A DNA stretch of 64,000 nucleotides from an uncultured Poribacteria bacterium (GCA_951813565.1 OX638351.1:3264001-3328000); one strand, 5' to 3'. Shown: positions 49,558-60,045, counted from the first letter of the stretch. Program-made: numbers and translations. Notes: a model not told the origin generated them from the letters alone.

Positions 49558-50125
49558 TAAACGCAATTTTGGAGATAATCGCACCAACCACAATCTTGCC
49601 GATATCTACCTGCACAGTTGCACCGAACCCTGCTGCTCTGCGGTCGCGTTCTATGGTGGCATCGCCATGCTGGATAAAGAGTTGTTCGGGGTATTCAAGG
49701 AATACTTGCCATCATCATTGGCCGCCATCAAGATGCTATTTGACACTTTGAAAACATTTAGCTGCGGATAATCTAACGTTATCTCAATGCCGTCTATGCC
49801 TTGCTGATCTTCAGACAAACATCGGCTGTGATGTCCTGCCCAAGCAGGCTAATATGAACATAGGGTATGGTCTGTTTCCCAGATGACGTCTTGTAGTGTT
49901 GGCATGTTTTAAGTTGATTAATTTGTGCTGTTAAGGTTTAATGTAGTTAATAAGTGTATTTGCTATTGCTATAGGAGATATAGACAAATGCCAAAAAATA
50001 GAGATCCATTAGGTTTAACGTTGCCTCCACTTGAAAAATGACATCAATTAACACCTCGTTAACCTTTAACTTGACTTAATACGCACCCTTTATCTATACT
50101 TAACTAAAAATGTTAGGTGAAGACA

Positions 50126-50308
50126 ATGAACGAAAATAAATTTGAACAGATACTTGAGATACTCCGTACAGACATCACAACAATGAAAGCCGACATCGCC
50201 TGGATAAAAGGTAAATTAGAAGGACGCGCTGAAACAAGACACGTCATTCTCACAACGATCTCTGTCGTTGCCGCTATCGCCGCTGTCATTGTCGCAATAC
50301 TTAAATAG
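50126..50308 (+). CDS. Small coiled-coil protein with C-terminal TM
   Basis: MNENKFEQ...KADIAWIKGKLEG plus hydrophobic tail; upstream TTGACT...TATACT. Confidence 0.5.
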   Translation: MNENKFEQILEILRTDITTMKADIAWIKGKLEGRAETRHVILTTISVVAAIAAVIVAILK

Positions 50309-50323
50309 AAAAGAAGAAATAAA

Positions 50324-50608
50324 ATGTTTGTAAAAACACAATTTGACACAATAGTTAACATTGCGAAATATGATAAAATAAACATTGAAATATGTGTAAA
50401 AAGTGGCAATTGTATTACAGAAGCAGTATGCGAAGAAAAGCATGCTGGACCATTGTCAAAAGAGGAATCGGGAATAATTTCAAAATGTGAACCACTTGCT
50501 CAATTCCCACAGGATAAGATACACCAAGCAAAAGTGGCATATGATGATCTCTTTTCTGCTATTTTAAGCAAAGAAACAGCGTTTGATATGACACACTATA
50601 CCTCCTGA
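50324..50608 (+). CDS. Hypothetical protein, possibly a remnant
   Basis: 94-aa ORF in the same apparent operon; no motif recognised. Confidence 0.35.
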   Translation: MFVKTQFDTIVNIAKYDKINIEICVKSGNCITEAVCEEKHAGPLSKEESGIISKCEPLAQFPQDKIHQAKVAYDDLFSAILSKETAFDMTHYTS

Positions 50609-50610
50609 TT

Positions 50611-50868
50611 ATGTCTCAAATAAAAAACCGAACAATTTTTGAAGGCGATAACCTTCCAATCCTCCGCGGGATAGACCCCAAATGCATAGACCTGACATAC
50701 CTTGATCCGCCTTTCAACTCCAATCATAAATATAATACGATATTCAGAGGCAGCGGACTACGCAACATTACGCCACAAATCAAAGCATTTGACGACACAT
50801 CGGAACGGAACACCGAGTCTGCCGACCGCGTCCAACGCGTGAAATCTGTGATCGCCAATCCTGCCTCT
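50611..50868 (+). pseudogene. N-terminal fragment of an adenine DNA methyltransferase, in frame with the following WD40 gene
   Basis: KNRTIFEGDNL..LRG...IDLTYLDPPFNS...AFDDT; no SAM-binding motif follows. Confidence 0.7.
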
Positions 50869-52785
50869 ATGAAAAAACTAAATACCCTTAGCATATTTAT
50901 AATTCTCATTCTGCTGTTGTGTCGGTCAACTGGCTTCGCTCAAGAATACACAAAATGGCATTTACCTGAAGGGGCTACATATCGTTTTGGAAAGGGAATC
51001 ATACGCGACATTGCCTATTTTCCAGATGGTGATAAACTTGCTGTCAGCAGCTCGATTGGTATCTGGATTTATGATGTTAACAGTGGTGAGGAACTTGACT
51101 TACTTACAGATGGCATGCATAATATTACTCAAATTGTGTTCAGTCCCGATGGTAAAACACTGGCAAGCGCGAACCGCAGCAATATACAATTGTGGAATAC
51201 AAATGAAAATAAACCACAAGACATCTTCACAGGACACACCTCAACTATCACTTCATTGGTATTTAGTCCAAATGGAAAATTATTGGCATCTGGAAGTGTA
51301 GATACTACTGTGAGGTTATGGAATATTGACACAGGTGAAGTTGTCCGGACTCTCTTCGGACACACTGATACTGTCCGGTCTGTGGCATTTTCACCGAATG
51401 GTAAAACACTGGCAAGTGTTGGCGATACTGACGATAAAACAATCCAACTTTGGGAGGTAAACAGCGGAGAACTTCAAAAAACTGTTTCTGTGGATTTAGA
51501 CCGTATTTCCAGCAGTACTTTTTCACCTGATGGACATAAGTTCACAACTGGAAATTGGGATGGAAAAATTCGTTTTTGGGATGTCAGTACTGGTCAACTA
51601 CTCGAAACCTTCACAGGACAAGGGCGTACCGGTACGATTACATCTCTTGTGTATTCACCTGATGGTACATCCTTGGTGAGTGGCGGTGGCGGTATTGACA
51701 GAACAATTCGTATTTGGGATGTTAATACCGGAAGTGTTTTACATACACTCATCGGGCATACTGATGATGTTATTACTGTCGCGTATTCACCTGATGGCGG
51801 AACACTTGCAAGCGCGAGTGTTAGAGACGGGGCGATTTGTATTTGGGATGTCGCTATGGGAAAACTCTTGAAAACTATTGATGGACACTCATATTATGTT
51901 AGATCAATTGCGTTTTCTCCTGACAGCACAACCATAGCCACTACAGAGAGAGCAGACAAGGTAATTCCACTTAGGGATGTGAAGACCGGAGAGATCAAGA
52001 AGAAACTCATTGGACATAATTGGCACCCCAGTTCAGTTGTGTTTTCGCCTAATGGTAAGACACTCGCAAGTGGTAGTTGGAACGGTCAAATCTTATTATG
52101 GGATGTAGAAACCGGACAATTCTTGGACAAAATTATTGCGCATACAAGACGTATTCCTTCTCTTGCATTTTCTTCCGCAGGCACAACGTTGATTAGCGGC
52201 AGTTGGGACAATTCAATCCGTTTTTGGGATGTGCAAAACGGCAATCTCTTAAAGACAATTTCTGCAAAATCTTCAAATCCAAATTCTTATTTTGAAATCA
52301 GTGCTATTTCTCTCAGTCCAGATGGCAATTTAGTTGCTGCTGCAACAAATATGCAAGATATACAGTTATGGGATATACACACAGGTGAGCAAAGAGAAAA
52401 TACCTTCGCGCATGATGGTAATATAACATCAGTCGCATTCTCTCCACAGGGAACCGTACTTGCCAGTGGAAGCTACGACAACACAGTCAAATTGTGGGAT
52501 TTGCAATCCGACAATCTATTGGGTAGTTTTACAGAACCAACATCCAACAATGCATACTGTGTAGCATTTAGTCCAGATGGAAATACAATCGCAAGCGGAA
52601 GTTATAAGGTGATTCGATTGTGGGATACCGTCACAGGTAAAAACAATGCAGCATTTACCGGTCATACAACTTGGATTCGCACGGTGGCTTTTAGTCCTGA
52701 CGGTAGTATGTTGGCAAGTGGTGCTTCTGATGGCACAGTCCTACTATGGGATGTTAGCAATAAACAACTGGCTGACAATAGGTAG
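50869..52785 (+). CDS. Secreted WD40-repeat protein
   Basis: MKKLNTLS signal peptide; AQEYTKWHLPEGA..RFGKG; about 13-14 WD40 repeats. Confidence 0.88.
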   Translation: MKKLNTLSIFIILILLLCRSTGFAQEYTKWHLPEGATYRFGKGIIRDIAYFPDGDKLAVSSSIGIWIYDVNSGEELDLLTDGMHNITQIVFSPDGKTLASANRSNIQLWNTNENKPQDIFTGHTSTITSLVFSPNGKLLASGSVDTTVRLWNIDTGEVVRTLFGHTDTVRSVAFSPNGKTLASVGDTDDKTIQLWEVNSGELQKTVSVDLDRISSSTFSPDGHKFTTGNWDGKIRFWDVSTGQLLETFTGQGRTGTITSLVYSPDGTSLVSGGGGIDRTIRIWDVNTGSVLHTLIGHTDDVITVAYSPDGGTLASASVRDGAICIWDVAMGKLLKTIDGHSYYVRSIAFSPDSTTIATTERADKVIPLRDVKTGEIKKKLIGHNWHPSSVVFSPNGKTLASGSWNGQILLWDVETGQFLDKIIAHTRRIPSLAFSSAGTTLISGSWDNSIRFWDVQNGNLLKTISAKSSNPNSYFEISAISLSPDGNLVAAATNMQDIQLWDIHTGEQRENTFAHDGNITSVAFSPQGTVLASGSYDNTVKLWDLQSDNLLGSFTEPTSNNAYCVAFSPDGNTIASGSYKVIRLWDTVTGKNNAAFTGHTTWIRTVAFSPDGSMLASGASDGTVLLWDVSNKQLADNR

Positions 52786-52847
52786 AGATACTGAAAAGCG
52801 GTATACTACTGGAAAATAATCACTGAAAACTTAAATCCGCATGTCCG

Positions 52848-54254
52848 TTAATAGGGTGTATCTCGTGTTGTAAGTGCACACCACCTTGTAGAAAGCAGAT
52901 GATTGAATAGCACTTCTCGTGCTTCTGGCGTATCAATATGCTTTAACGCTAATGCAGCATGAAAACGCACGTATCGGTTCTCATCTTCCAGTTGAGCGAT
53001 TAAGTTTGGCAGTGCTGGTTCAGAGAGCGGTCCCAGTTTTGCTAAGCTACGAGCAGCGTTATAGCGCACCCAATATTGCTCATCGGTTAGCCCTTCTGTC
53101 AATACCTGTACTGTCTGTGCTAAATCGGTGTCCGCAACTGTTTGTTGTCCAATGATGCCTAAACCTTCAATTGCATGTCGGCGAACTAATGGAGATTCAT
53201 CTTTTGCAGCGTGTGCTAATACAGGAATTGCTTCAGCTGCTGCTTTTCCGATATCTGCTAACGCATAGGCTGCAGTTGCACGTACCGAATCATCTGTCCC
53301 CTGCAGTGCGTCAATGAGTTTAGGAACAGCAGGTGTGCCTGTAAGGCTTAATGCGTATCCTGCATAGTTGCGGATTGAGTCAGAAGTCCCATGTAATGCC
53401 CGATTCAAAGTGGGTACTGCCGCTTCGCCAACTCTCCCCAAGCGATATGCAGCATTCAACCGAATCTTCTCATCCTCATGCTGCAAAGTTTCAACCAAAT
53501 TTTTCACTTCGGAAGATGAAACACCGTTAGTCATCCCGTTCTCTTTCCCGTAATACCAATCCCACTGCGATTCCCACAATTCAGGATGGTCGGATCCTGC
53601 ACCGTTGTCAACGGTATGCCAATCTGCAGTATCACTTTGCCAAGAAGGTGTGCTCGGTTCATGAAGTCGTGAGAAAAGAAACTTTAACATATACCGTTTC
53701 TTATCGCTCCGATTCGGCGTGGCACGGTGCCACAGGTCATAGTGGACGATAGTTACGGTACCTGCTTCTCCGCAGAGAGAAATATCTGGCTGTTCGTGTG
53801 CGCTTTCACTGGTGTCATAATATTGCGATCCGGGCAGCACAGCAGTTGGTCCTCTGTCCTCAGGTACATCTTGTGGATAATAGAACGCCATCGTCCAACG
53901 GCATTTGTGCCTCCGGATCTGTTCGTCTCCTTCATAAGTATCCTTATGAAAACCTTGTCCACCACTTCCTTCTGGATTGTAATGGCAGTATCGGTGTGGG
54001 TGCATCATATAGTTTTCGCCAAGCACCCCCTGCATAGCACCATCTACCACTGGATGGTCAAACACTTGTTGAATTTCAGGTATCAGAGGGAGAACATTGT
54101 TTCCCAAGTTACCTGTGTGTTCAAACATAGCATCCAGATGTTGAAAAATGTCTTCATGAAAACTTGGAGGAAAATCGGTTTTGATCGTAATATATCCGTT
54201 GATGATGAAATCCCGCATCTGTTCATCGGTAAGTTGTACCGCCTGATTCTTCAT
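52848..54254 (-). CDS. PhyH-family dioxygenase fused to HEAT/PBS-lyase repeats
   Basis: FHKD and LWHRA..N in the N-terminal half; repeated VR..AA.AL..IG in the C-terminal half. Confidence 0.85.
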   Translation of the reverse strand: MKNQAVQLTDEQMRDFIINGYITIKTDFPPSFHEDIFQHLDAMFEHTGNLGNNVLPLIPEIQQVFDHPVVDGAMQGVLGENYMMHPHRYCHYNPEGSGGQGFHKDTYEGDEQIRRHKCRWTMAFYYPQDVPEDRGPTAVLPGSQYYDTSESAHEQPDISLCGEAGTVTIVHYDLWHRATPNRSDKKRYMLKFLFSRLHEPSTPSWQSDTADWHTVDNGAGSDHPELWESQWDWYYGKENGMTNGVSSSEVKNLVETLQHEDEKIRLNAAYRLGRVGEAAVPTLNRALHGTSDSIRNYAGYALSLTGTPAVPKLIDALQGTDDSVRATAAYALADIGKAAAEAIPVLAHAAKDESPLVRRHAIEGLGIIGQQTVADTDLAQTVQVLTEGLTDEQYWVRYNAARSLAKLGPLSEPALPNLIAQLEDENRYVRFHAALALKHIDTPEAREVLFNHLLSTRWCALTTRDTPY

Positions 54255-54467
54255 ATTGTCTCTCCTCTACGGTTTTTAATCATTTCTCTGTATTTGAAGC
54301 ATTGAATTGCAGATTACCTGATACATAAACATCATTGTCGTTTTGGGCGCTGTTTTAAGTATATTACAATGTAGTGTTGATGTCAAGAAATGGATATAGT
54401 GATTATCAAAGAGGTGTGTAAAAATTTTGTAAATTTTTGAATCTCGGATTACACGAATAAATTAAAA

Positions 54468-54624
54468 TAACCCAAGTTGCCACCTATTTCGCAAATGCTC
54501 TTGTAGGAGGGGTTTCTAACCCCGATTTAGAACAAAAAACATAAGAATCAGCGAAAAAGCCTTGTTTTTTCAGTAAAAAGCAGTATTTGCTAACTTGAAA
54601 TCTTGTCCGTAGCAACTTAGGTTA
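54468..54624. mobile_element. 157-bp MITE (empty allele), 3-bp TSD AAA
   Basis: TAACCCAAGTTGC...GCAACTTAGGTTA. Confidence 0.8.
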
Positions 54625-55332
54625 AAATAAGAAACCGATCGCAAGAACAAAAAGCACCTCTATCAAGTAAAAAATGATAAGCGTGACCGAAAAAATAGCA
54701 GATATCCAACTACATTTTGGTTTGTCTTTGTACTTGCCGAGATCCATATTGAAATCGGTGTCAGTTTGTTCTCTTATATCATCATAGACATGTCGGAACA
54801 ACCGTTCCTGCCAAAGAAAGTAACCATCTAAAATCCCACAATAGGAAGGAAAAGGACTAAAACATAATATGAATTTTGCATATCCTCCTTGGCGATTAAT
54901 ACCATTGCTGCAACGAGAATTACCATACTCCAACTTTTTAACAAGGAACTGTTCCGTGCCAAACGGTTAATTGAGGGGTGTGCATAAATATTTGGCGCAT
55001 CAACACAGACACGGACAGACGCCAGGTGCCGCTTGATTTATAGAAATGCGTTTGTAGTCGCGCAATTCATTGCAGTCGCGCAATTCATTGCCAAATCAAC
55101 GCAGCATGCGCCAAATCAACGGTCCGAATGCCTTATGGCATTCCCCGTGTGGCATGCTGCGCCTCTTTGAACTTGTGGACGGAAACCCACGGCGTGTGCG
55201 GACTACCTTTAAGCGCATATTTAACATCGGAATTATTTATGCACACCCCTCACGGTTAATTACAATTTGGGTCATTTTCAGATGCTTTACGACCTTTTCA
55301 ATACCGTTCATGGATTTATCATCCTTCACCAT
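54622..55332 (-). pseudogene. Small multi-TM protein gene disrupted by a MITE and a frameshift
   Basis: Reconstructs as KHLKMTQIVINR|LARNSSLLKSWS...LDGYFLWQERLFRHVYD. Confidence 0.65.
54972..55252. mobile_element. 281-bp MITE, perfect 19-bp TIR, 8-bp TSD
   Basis: TIR TGAGGGGTGTGCATAAATA; CGGTTAAT at 54964-54971 and 55253-55260; contains a REP with nested micro-units. Confidence 0.85.
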
Positions 55333-55674
55333 GTTTTGCAATCTGATTGTCCGTATGTTAAACTGTACAATTAATAGGTGAATTTGTCAATATCATTTTA
55401 GGGCGTTGGAACGTTCGCATGGGTTTGTATGCTCAGGATCTGTTATCGACAATAGTGATTTCTTTTCTCTGAATCTCGGATTATTACGGATTACACTGAT
55501 TGCGCGGATTGAAAATTTGTAATATCAGGTAATCCTCTAAGGGAATAGTTTTGTGTTTTATTGCTTTTCTTGCGGTGTTAGCATTGCAGCGATGTCTTCT
55601 GGTAGTTTTATATTGTATTCTGTTCAAAATGATGACAAATTACGTAGATCCCAAGTTATTAGAGTTTAAGCCAA

Positions 55675-56007
55675 TTACCGCAGGATAAATAATCCTGCAT
55701 GTGTATCTCTTGCAAATTCTTTAATAACCGCAAAATGCTTTCTCAAATTGTATTCGACAGCACTTGTAGAACAATTCCCTATCCTGATCCAAATCACTTT
55801 TGGAGGATAGCCGTGAATAACGCTCCTGTTCCTGAAGTCTGTGTCCTTTGAAACGATGAAATAATTGTTATCACGAGCGTAATCCCATAACTCGGTATCT
55901 GTTGCTGTATCTAATCCTATAGTTTTGACATGAATAGAATTAGGAAACAGATCTGCCAGCAGCACCATCAGTTGGTCGGATAGGTTCTGATCGAATAGAA
56001 GTTTCAT
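55675..56007 (-). CDS. DUF5615 PIN-like toxin (VapC45-like)
   Basis: MKLLFDQNLS, DTELWDYA, IVSKDTDF, PPKVIWIRIGN. Confidence 0.85.
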   Translation of the reverse strand: MKLLFDQNLSDQLMVLLADLFPNSIHVKTIGLDTATDTELWDYARDNNYFIVSKDTDFRNRSVIHGYPPKVIWIRIGNCSTSAVEYNLRKHFAVIKEFARDTHAGLFILR

Positions 56008-56233
56008 CTGTGTAAACGACCACCTGCGATTTTTCCTTGTCCGCAGCATAAGCGAAACAAGCACGAATGTCTGTTTCCGTTAACTCCGGAAAATCGTGGA
56101 GAACTTCTGCTACTGTCATACCTGATGCGAGGTATTCAAAAATATCGTAAACGGTAAGCCGCATTCCCCGAATACATGGCTGCCCGCTGCGTTTACCCGG
56201 TTCAATGGTAATAATGTCTCTATAGTTGTTCAT
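55940..56233 (-). CDS. DUF433 antitoxin
   Basis: GKRSGQPCIRGMRLTV, DFPELT..DIRACFAYAA. Confidence 0.85.
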   Translation of the reverse strand: MNNYRDIITIEPGKRSGQPCIRGMRLTVYDIFEYLASGMTVAEVLHDFPELTETDIRACFAYAADKEKSQVVVYTDETSIRSEPIRPTDGAAGRSVS

Positions 56234-56433
56234 GATATCCACCTCTTCCTATAAACAGTTGAAAAAAGTATATCACAACTTGCGCCAGTTATCAATGGAT
56301 TTAAATGGAAGTTTCTTAATTGGTGGGATTAGGGATTCGTTGTTATTATTGTCTGAATCGCGGATTACACAGATTTCGCGGATTGAAATCTGTAAGATCA
56401 AGTAATCCAAGAAGGGTCGTATTGGTTTTACTG

Positions 56434-56865
56434 TTATGCTTGTGGGGGAGTTAGCATTGCGGCGATGTCTGGCGGTAATTTTACATTATAATCCTGCCAT
56501 CTTTGTCATGAGAACCGTCACAGGCGAAGAAAAGAGTTCTTAGGTAGTCATTAGCAAAGTCGATAAGGTTGGTTTTACCGCCGTAGTGCCGGAGTTGGGT
56601 TAGGATTTCAAAAAATCGCTATTAGCGTCCATTTCATTAGTAAACTCTCTCGCCTCTTTCAGCATTTGGATTTGGATAGCCTCTATATCAAAAAGCTCCG
56701 CTTCAATACAATATTCACGCCAAAGATTTGATGAAACTTTTCCATGAAATGGATCCGCTTTAAAATGTTGGGGTTCCCGGCGATAGATGAACACTCCATC
56801 AGATGATTTTCCCTCTATCTCGTTGATTTTTCCTTAATCCGACTTATGTCGTTTTCTGTGCTCAT
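56434..56865 (-). pseudogene. FRG-domain gene remnant, frameshifted and internally deleted
   Basis: FIYRRE...VSSNLWR and, in another frame, LTQLRHYGGKTNLIDF...LFFAC; tail YNVKLPPDIAAMLTP. Confidence 0.65.
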
Positions 56866-57267
56866 AATTTATACTCCAGAGTTTGAATGGTGGATATAGA
56901 TGACTTGACTCAAAAATCCGCGTGATTTGCGCAATCCGAGATTCAGACACACTCCTCCATAACACAATTCTATTGGTGTTAAGTCGTATAACGATTATAA
57001 CAGAGAATCAGTTCATACACAATGGAAACGTTGGATTGAGGTTGTGCGTTGGGCAAGGTCTTAGTTTATTTACATATCCATTTCTATTCACAAAAAAGTT
57101 GACATCTAATTACATATCCTATACAATTCCGTTCAGAAACCATCTCATAATATGGACTATCGCGCTGGGAAACCGTGCCTACAGACATTTATGAGACATG
57201 TTTTATAAAAATAAGCTAAAGATGAATACCATCTACAAACATAAAAGAATTGCCTAAGGAGGCGGAC

Positions 57268-58437
57268 ATGGCAGAACGAATAAAAATGGGTTTAGTCGGA
57301 TGTGGCGGTATGTCTGGTGCCCACATGGGTGGATATCGCGAGTTGTGGTCAAAAGAGGTCCGAGAATTCGATATTGTCGCTGCGTGTGATATTGACAAGG
57401 GTAGGGCAGAGAATCGAGCGAATGAGGCACACGAGTTCCAAGGCGGCACAAAACCTGCTGTTTATACCGAACTTGACGAGATGCTTGATAAGCACCCGGA
57501 TTTAGAGTGCGTTGACATCTGCGCGTTGCATAGTGCACACCACGTACTTGCCGTGCCAGCATTGGAAGCAGGCAAACATGTTATCATTGAAAAACCCTTT
57601 GGTATCACGATGCGCGCATGCAAACTGATGATGGAAGCAGCAGATCGCAACGATAAAATCATTTCTGTCGCAGAAAACTATCGGTTGAGTCGTATGGAAC
57701 GTACGCGTAGCTGGGTAATTGCGCAGGGACGCGTCGGTGAGCCCCGGATGTTCTTCTGGATTGATGTCGGCGAGGCATTAGGCAAATGGGGTTGGCGCAA
57801 CTTCAAGATGGATGCTGGCGGCGGATGGGCATTAGATGGTGGCGTGCATTTCACCGATCTGATGCGCTATATTCTCGGGCTGGAGGCTGAAGAAGTTTAC
57901 GCTATCAACAAAGCTTATGAACCTTACCGTTACGATAATGCAGGCGCACGTGAAGGCGGTTATTCAGTTGATGTAGAAGACGCAATGATTGCGACAATTA
58001 AGTTTGAACAAGGCGTTACCGCGCAGTGGACTTGGGTCGGTTCTGCTCCTGCCCACGGTTTCGGTCAGAAAGTCATCTATGGTAGTGAAGGCGCTCTCGA
58101 TTGGGGTAGAGGTTTGGTGCCACGCGGTGGTGAGGCAATTTCTAATGATGATTTACAGAAGGAATTCACTGATAGCCTTAGCGATGATGAGAAGGAATAC
58201 TACTTCCCCGCCGGAATCGGTAATACAGTTGCGATTGAACTGAAATACTTTGCAGATGCTATTCGTAGTGGTGGTAAACCGGAAGTAGATGCAGTGGAAG
58301 GAATGAAGTCTGAAGCGATCTGCATGGCAGCTTATGAATCTGGATATTGGGGTCGCCCAGTGACAATTGCCGAAATTGAAAACTGTGAACTGGAAGGCTA
58401 CCAGAAGGAAATTAACGACCACTTGGGAATAAAATAG
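57268..58437 (+). CDS. Gfo/Idh/MocA-family oxidoreductase
   Basis: GLVGCGGM, AGKHVIIEKP, DGGVHFTD; RBS AAGGAGG. Confidence 0.9.
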   Translation: MAERIKMGLVGCGGMSGAHMGGYRELWSKEVREFDIVAACDIDKGRAENRANEAHEFQGGTKPAVYTELDEMLDKHPDLECVDICALHSAHHVLAVPALEAGKHVIIEKPFGITMRACKLMMEAADRNDKIISVAENYRLSRMERTRSWVIAQGRVGEPRMFFWIDVGEALGKWGWRNFKMDAGGGWALDGGVHFTDLMRYILGLEAEEVYAINKAYEPYRYDNAGAREGGYSVDVEDAMIATIKFEQGVTAQWTWVGSAPAHGFGQKVIYGSEGALDWGRGLVPRGGEAISNDDLQKEFTDSLSDDEKEYYFPAGIGNTVAIELKYFADAIRSGGKPEVDAVEGMKSEAICMAAYESGYWGRPVTIAEIENCELEGYQKEINDHLGIK

Positions 58438-58613
58438 TAAAACACCGACCTTTTTCCGATGCCACGTATTTCTAAGTGATTATATTGCATATAGGTAGGC
58501 GCGCTTTCCAAGCGCGCCTTGTCATTGTTTAATCTTTGGCTCCCTACTTAAACCTTAACTTGCAATCATGGATTTCAGAGACATCTTTTATAACGTATCC
58601 CGAGGGAATTTGA

Positions 58614-59315
58614 GTGAAAACAGTCATATCACAATTGTGTTTTATTGGGTTACTCGCTACTTTTTTTGTGCAACCTACATCAGAGAATGCGCACGCGTTT
58701 GGTCGTGAAGACAGAAATCTAATTTACGAACGCCGTGATATTCTGCGTCGATCTAAAAATCTACGTGGTAGACGTCAAGGCTTTATTTTTGGTATCGGAA
58801 CTGGTGTTGGCCTCACTAATTTTGAAGCACCGCTTGCGCAGTATTGGGGAAGCGCGTACGAAGGGAATTGGCCAGATCCACGTGGCACGACGTCTGCCTT
58901 TGCCACAGAGCTTAAGGTCGGACACGGATTTACAGATCAATTCCTTCTCTATTACACCAGTCGTATCGCATGGTTTCCGCTATCAAACCTCTATCGGGAC
59001 ACTATGGTTGCGAATGGGACTGCTGGCGTGGGAATGATGCTTTACCCACGCCGCAGTTCCGATCTTTATCTTGTCGGTTCTGCCGGTCTTGCAGTTCTTG
59101 TAACTTACCAACCTCCTTTCAAATTGGAAAAGGCACGACAAACTGGACTTGCCGTATCTGGTGGAGTCGGCTACGAGTTTTTTCGTCACCTAACCGTTGA
59201 CTGTACCGTGAATTTTGGAAACGCTAATTCGTCACAACTTGATGCGGCTAATGAGATAACACTTACAAATGAGATTGTCACTTTTTTAGTGAATGTTAAC
59301 CTCATTTTCTACTAA
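58614..59315 (+). CDS. Putative outer-membrane beta-barrel protein
   Basis: Signal peptide, amphipathic strands, C-terminal aromatic residue. Confidence 0.55.
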   Translation: MKTVISQLCFIGLLATFFVQPTSENAHAFGREDRNLIYERRDILRRSKNLRGRRQGFIFGIGTGVGLTNFEAPLAQYWGSAYEGNWPDPRGTTSAFATELKVGHGFTDQFLLYYTSRIAWFPLSNLYRDTMVANGTAGVGMMLYPRRSSDLYLVGSAGLAVLVTYQPPFKLEKARQTGLAVSGGVGYEFFRHLTVDCTVNFGNANSSQLDAANEITLTNEIVTFLVNVNLIFY

Positions 59316-59335
59316 GTGCATTCAATGAGAAACCT

Positions 59336-59977
59336 ATGCCATCAAAAAGAATTGCAAAATCTGCTACAACCTTCCTGCTACTCATAGTTGTGTTTGCATT
59401 CCTCCTGAGTTGCGGGAATAATGAGGAATCTACGGAACGAATCCGATTTACCGAATTTGTGCTTTTCCCGACAGCACCTTACGTTGATAAGTCATACATT
59501 GAAATAGTCCCAGAAGACGAAGTTGCGTCCTTGGAAATTGATTATGAGGCGGAAATAGCAGCAATTCAGGAGGTATATAGTGCTTTCATAAAAGCCTATC
59601 TGGAAAAGGATATGGTAGCACTCATCAAAACATTTGACACAGCAGAAGGAATGGAATACGGCACATCCACCGTGAATGTTTATGGATGGAACAATATTAA
59701 AAATTATATTGAAGCTAACTGGCATGGGCCGTGGGGTGGAGAATGTACGAGTGATCCAAATTGGGAACTGACAGATTTCTATATTCGCCCTAAAAATACG
59801 CAAGCTGCCTGGACAGAAGCAAGTGCAAAGGGACCTATGTTCTACTACGTACCCAATTTGCCTGAGTGCTATAACGACATAGGACAATTTTACCTGACCA
59901 AAAAGTCTGGCAAATGGCGCATTCATCAGATTGATGGAGCAAAATCCTTTACAGACTCAAAATACAAAGCACCTTGA
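59336..59977 (+). CDS. Lipoprotein with NTF2/SnoaL-like domain
   Basis: Lipobox LLSC; EIAAIQEVYSAF...KD; GKWRIHQ. Confidence 0.55.
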   Translation: MPSKRIAKSATTFLLLIVVFAFLLSCGNNEESTERIRFTEFVLFPTAPYVDKSYIEIVPEDEVASLEIDYEAEIAAIQEVYSAFIKAYLEKDMVALIKTFDTAEGMEYGTSTVNVYGWNNIKNYIEANWHGPWGGECTSDPNWELTDFYIRPKNTQAAWTEASAKGPMFYYVPNLPECYNDIGQFYLTKKSGKWRIHQIDGAKSFTDSKYKAP

Positions 59978-60045
59978 CATTGAACTAATCCAAACAAACC
60001 GTATCATAAAATTTCTTGTACACCTATCACAAATATGAGGAAAAT

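Noticed and set aside
49560..50000. Possible gene remnant on the minus strand
   Set aside because: Short broken frames with no recognisable family.
55470..56490. Integron attC sites flanking the TA pair (GCTAAC/GTTAGC motifs)
   Set aside because: The shared segments translate as paralogous protein C-termini (KLPxDIAAMLTP); no paired R''/R' boxes or integrase seen.
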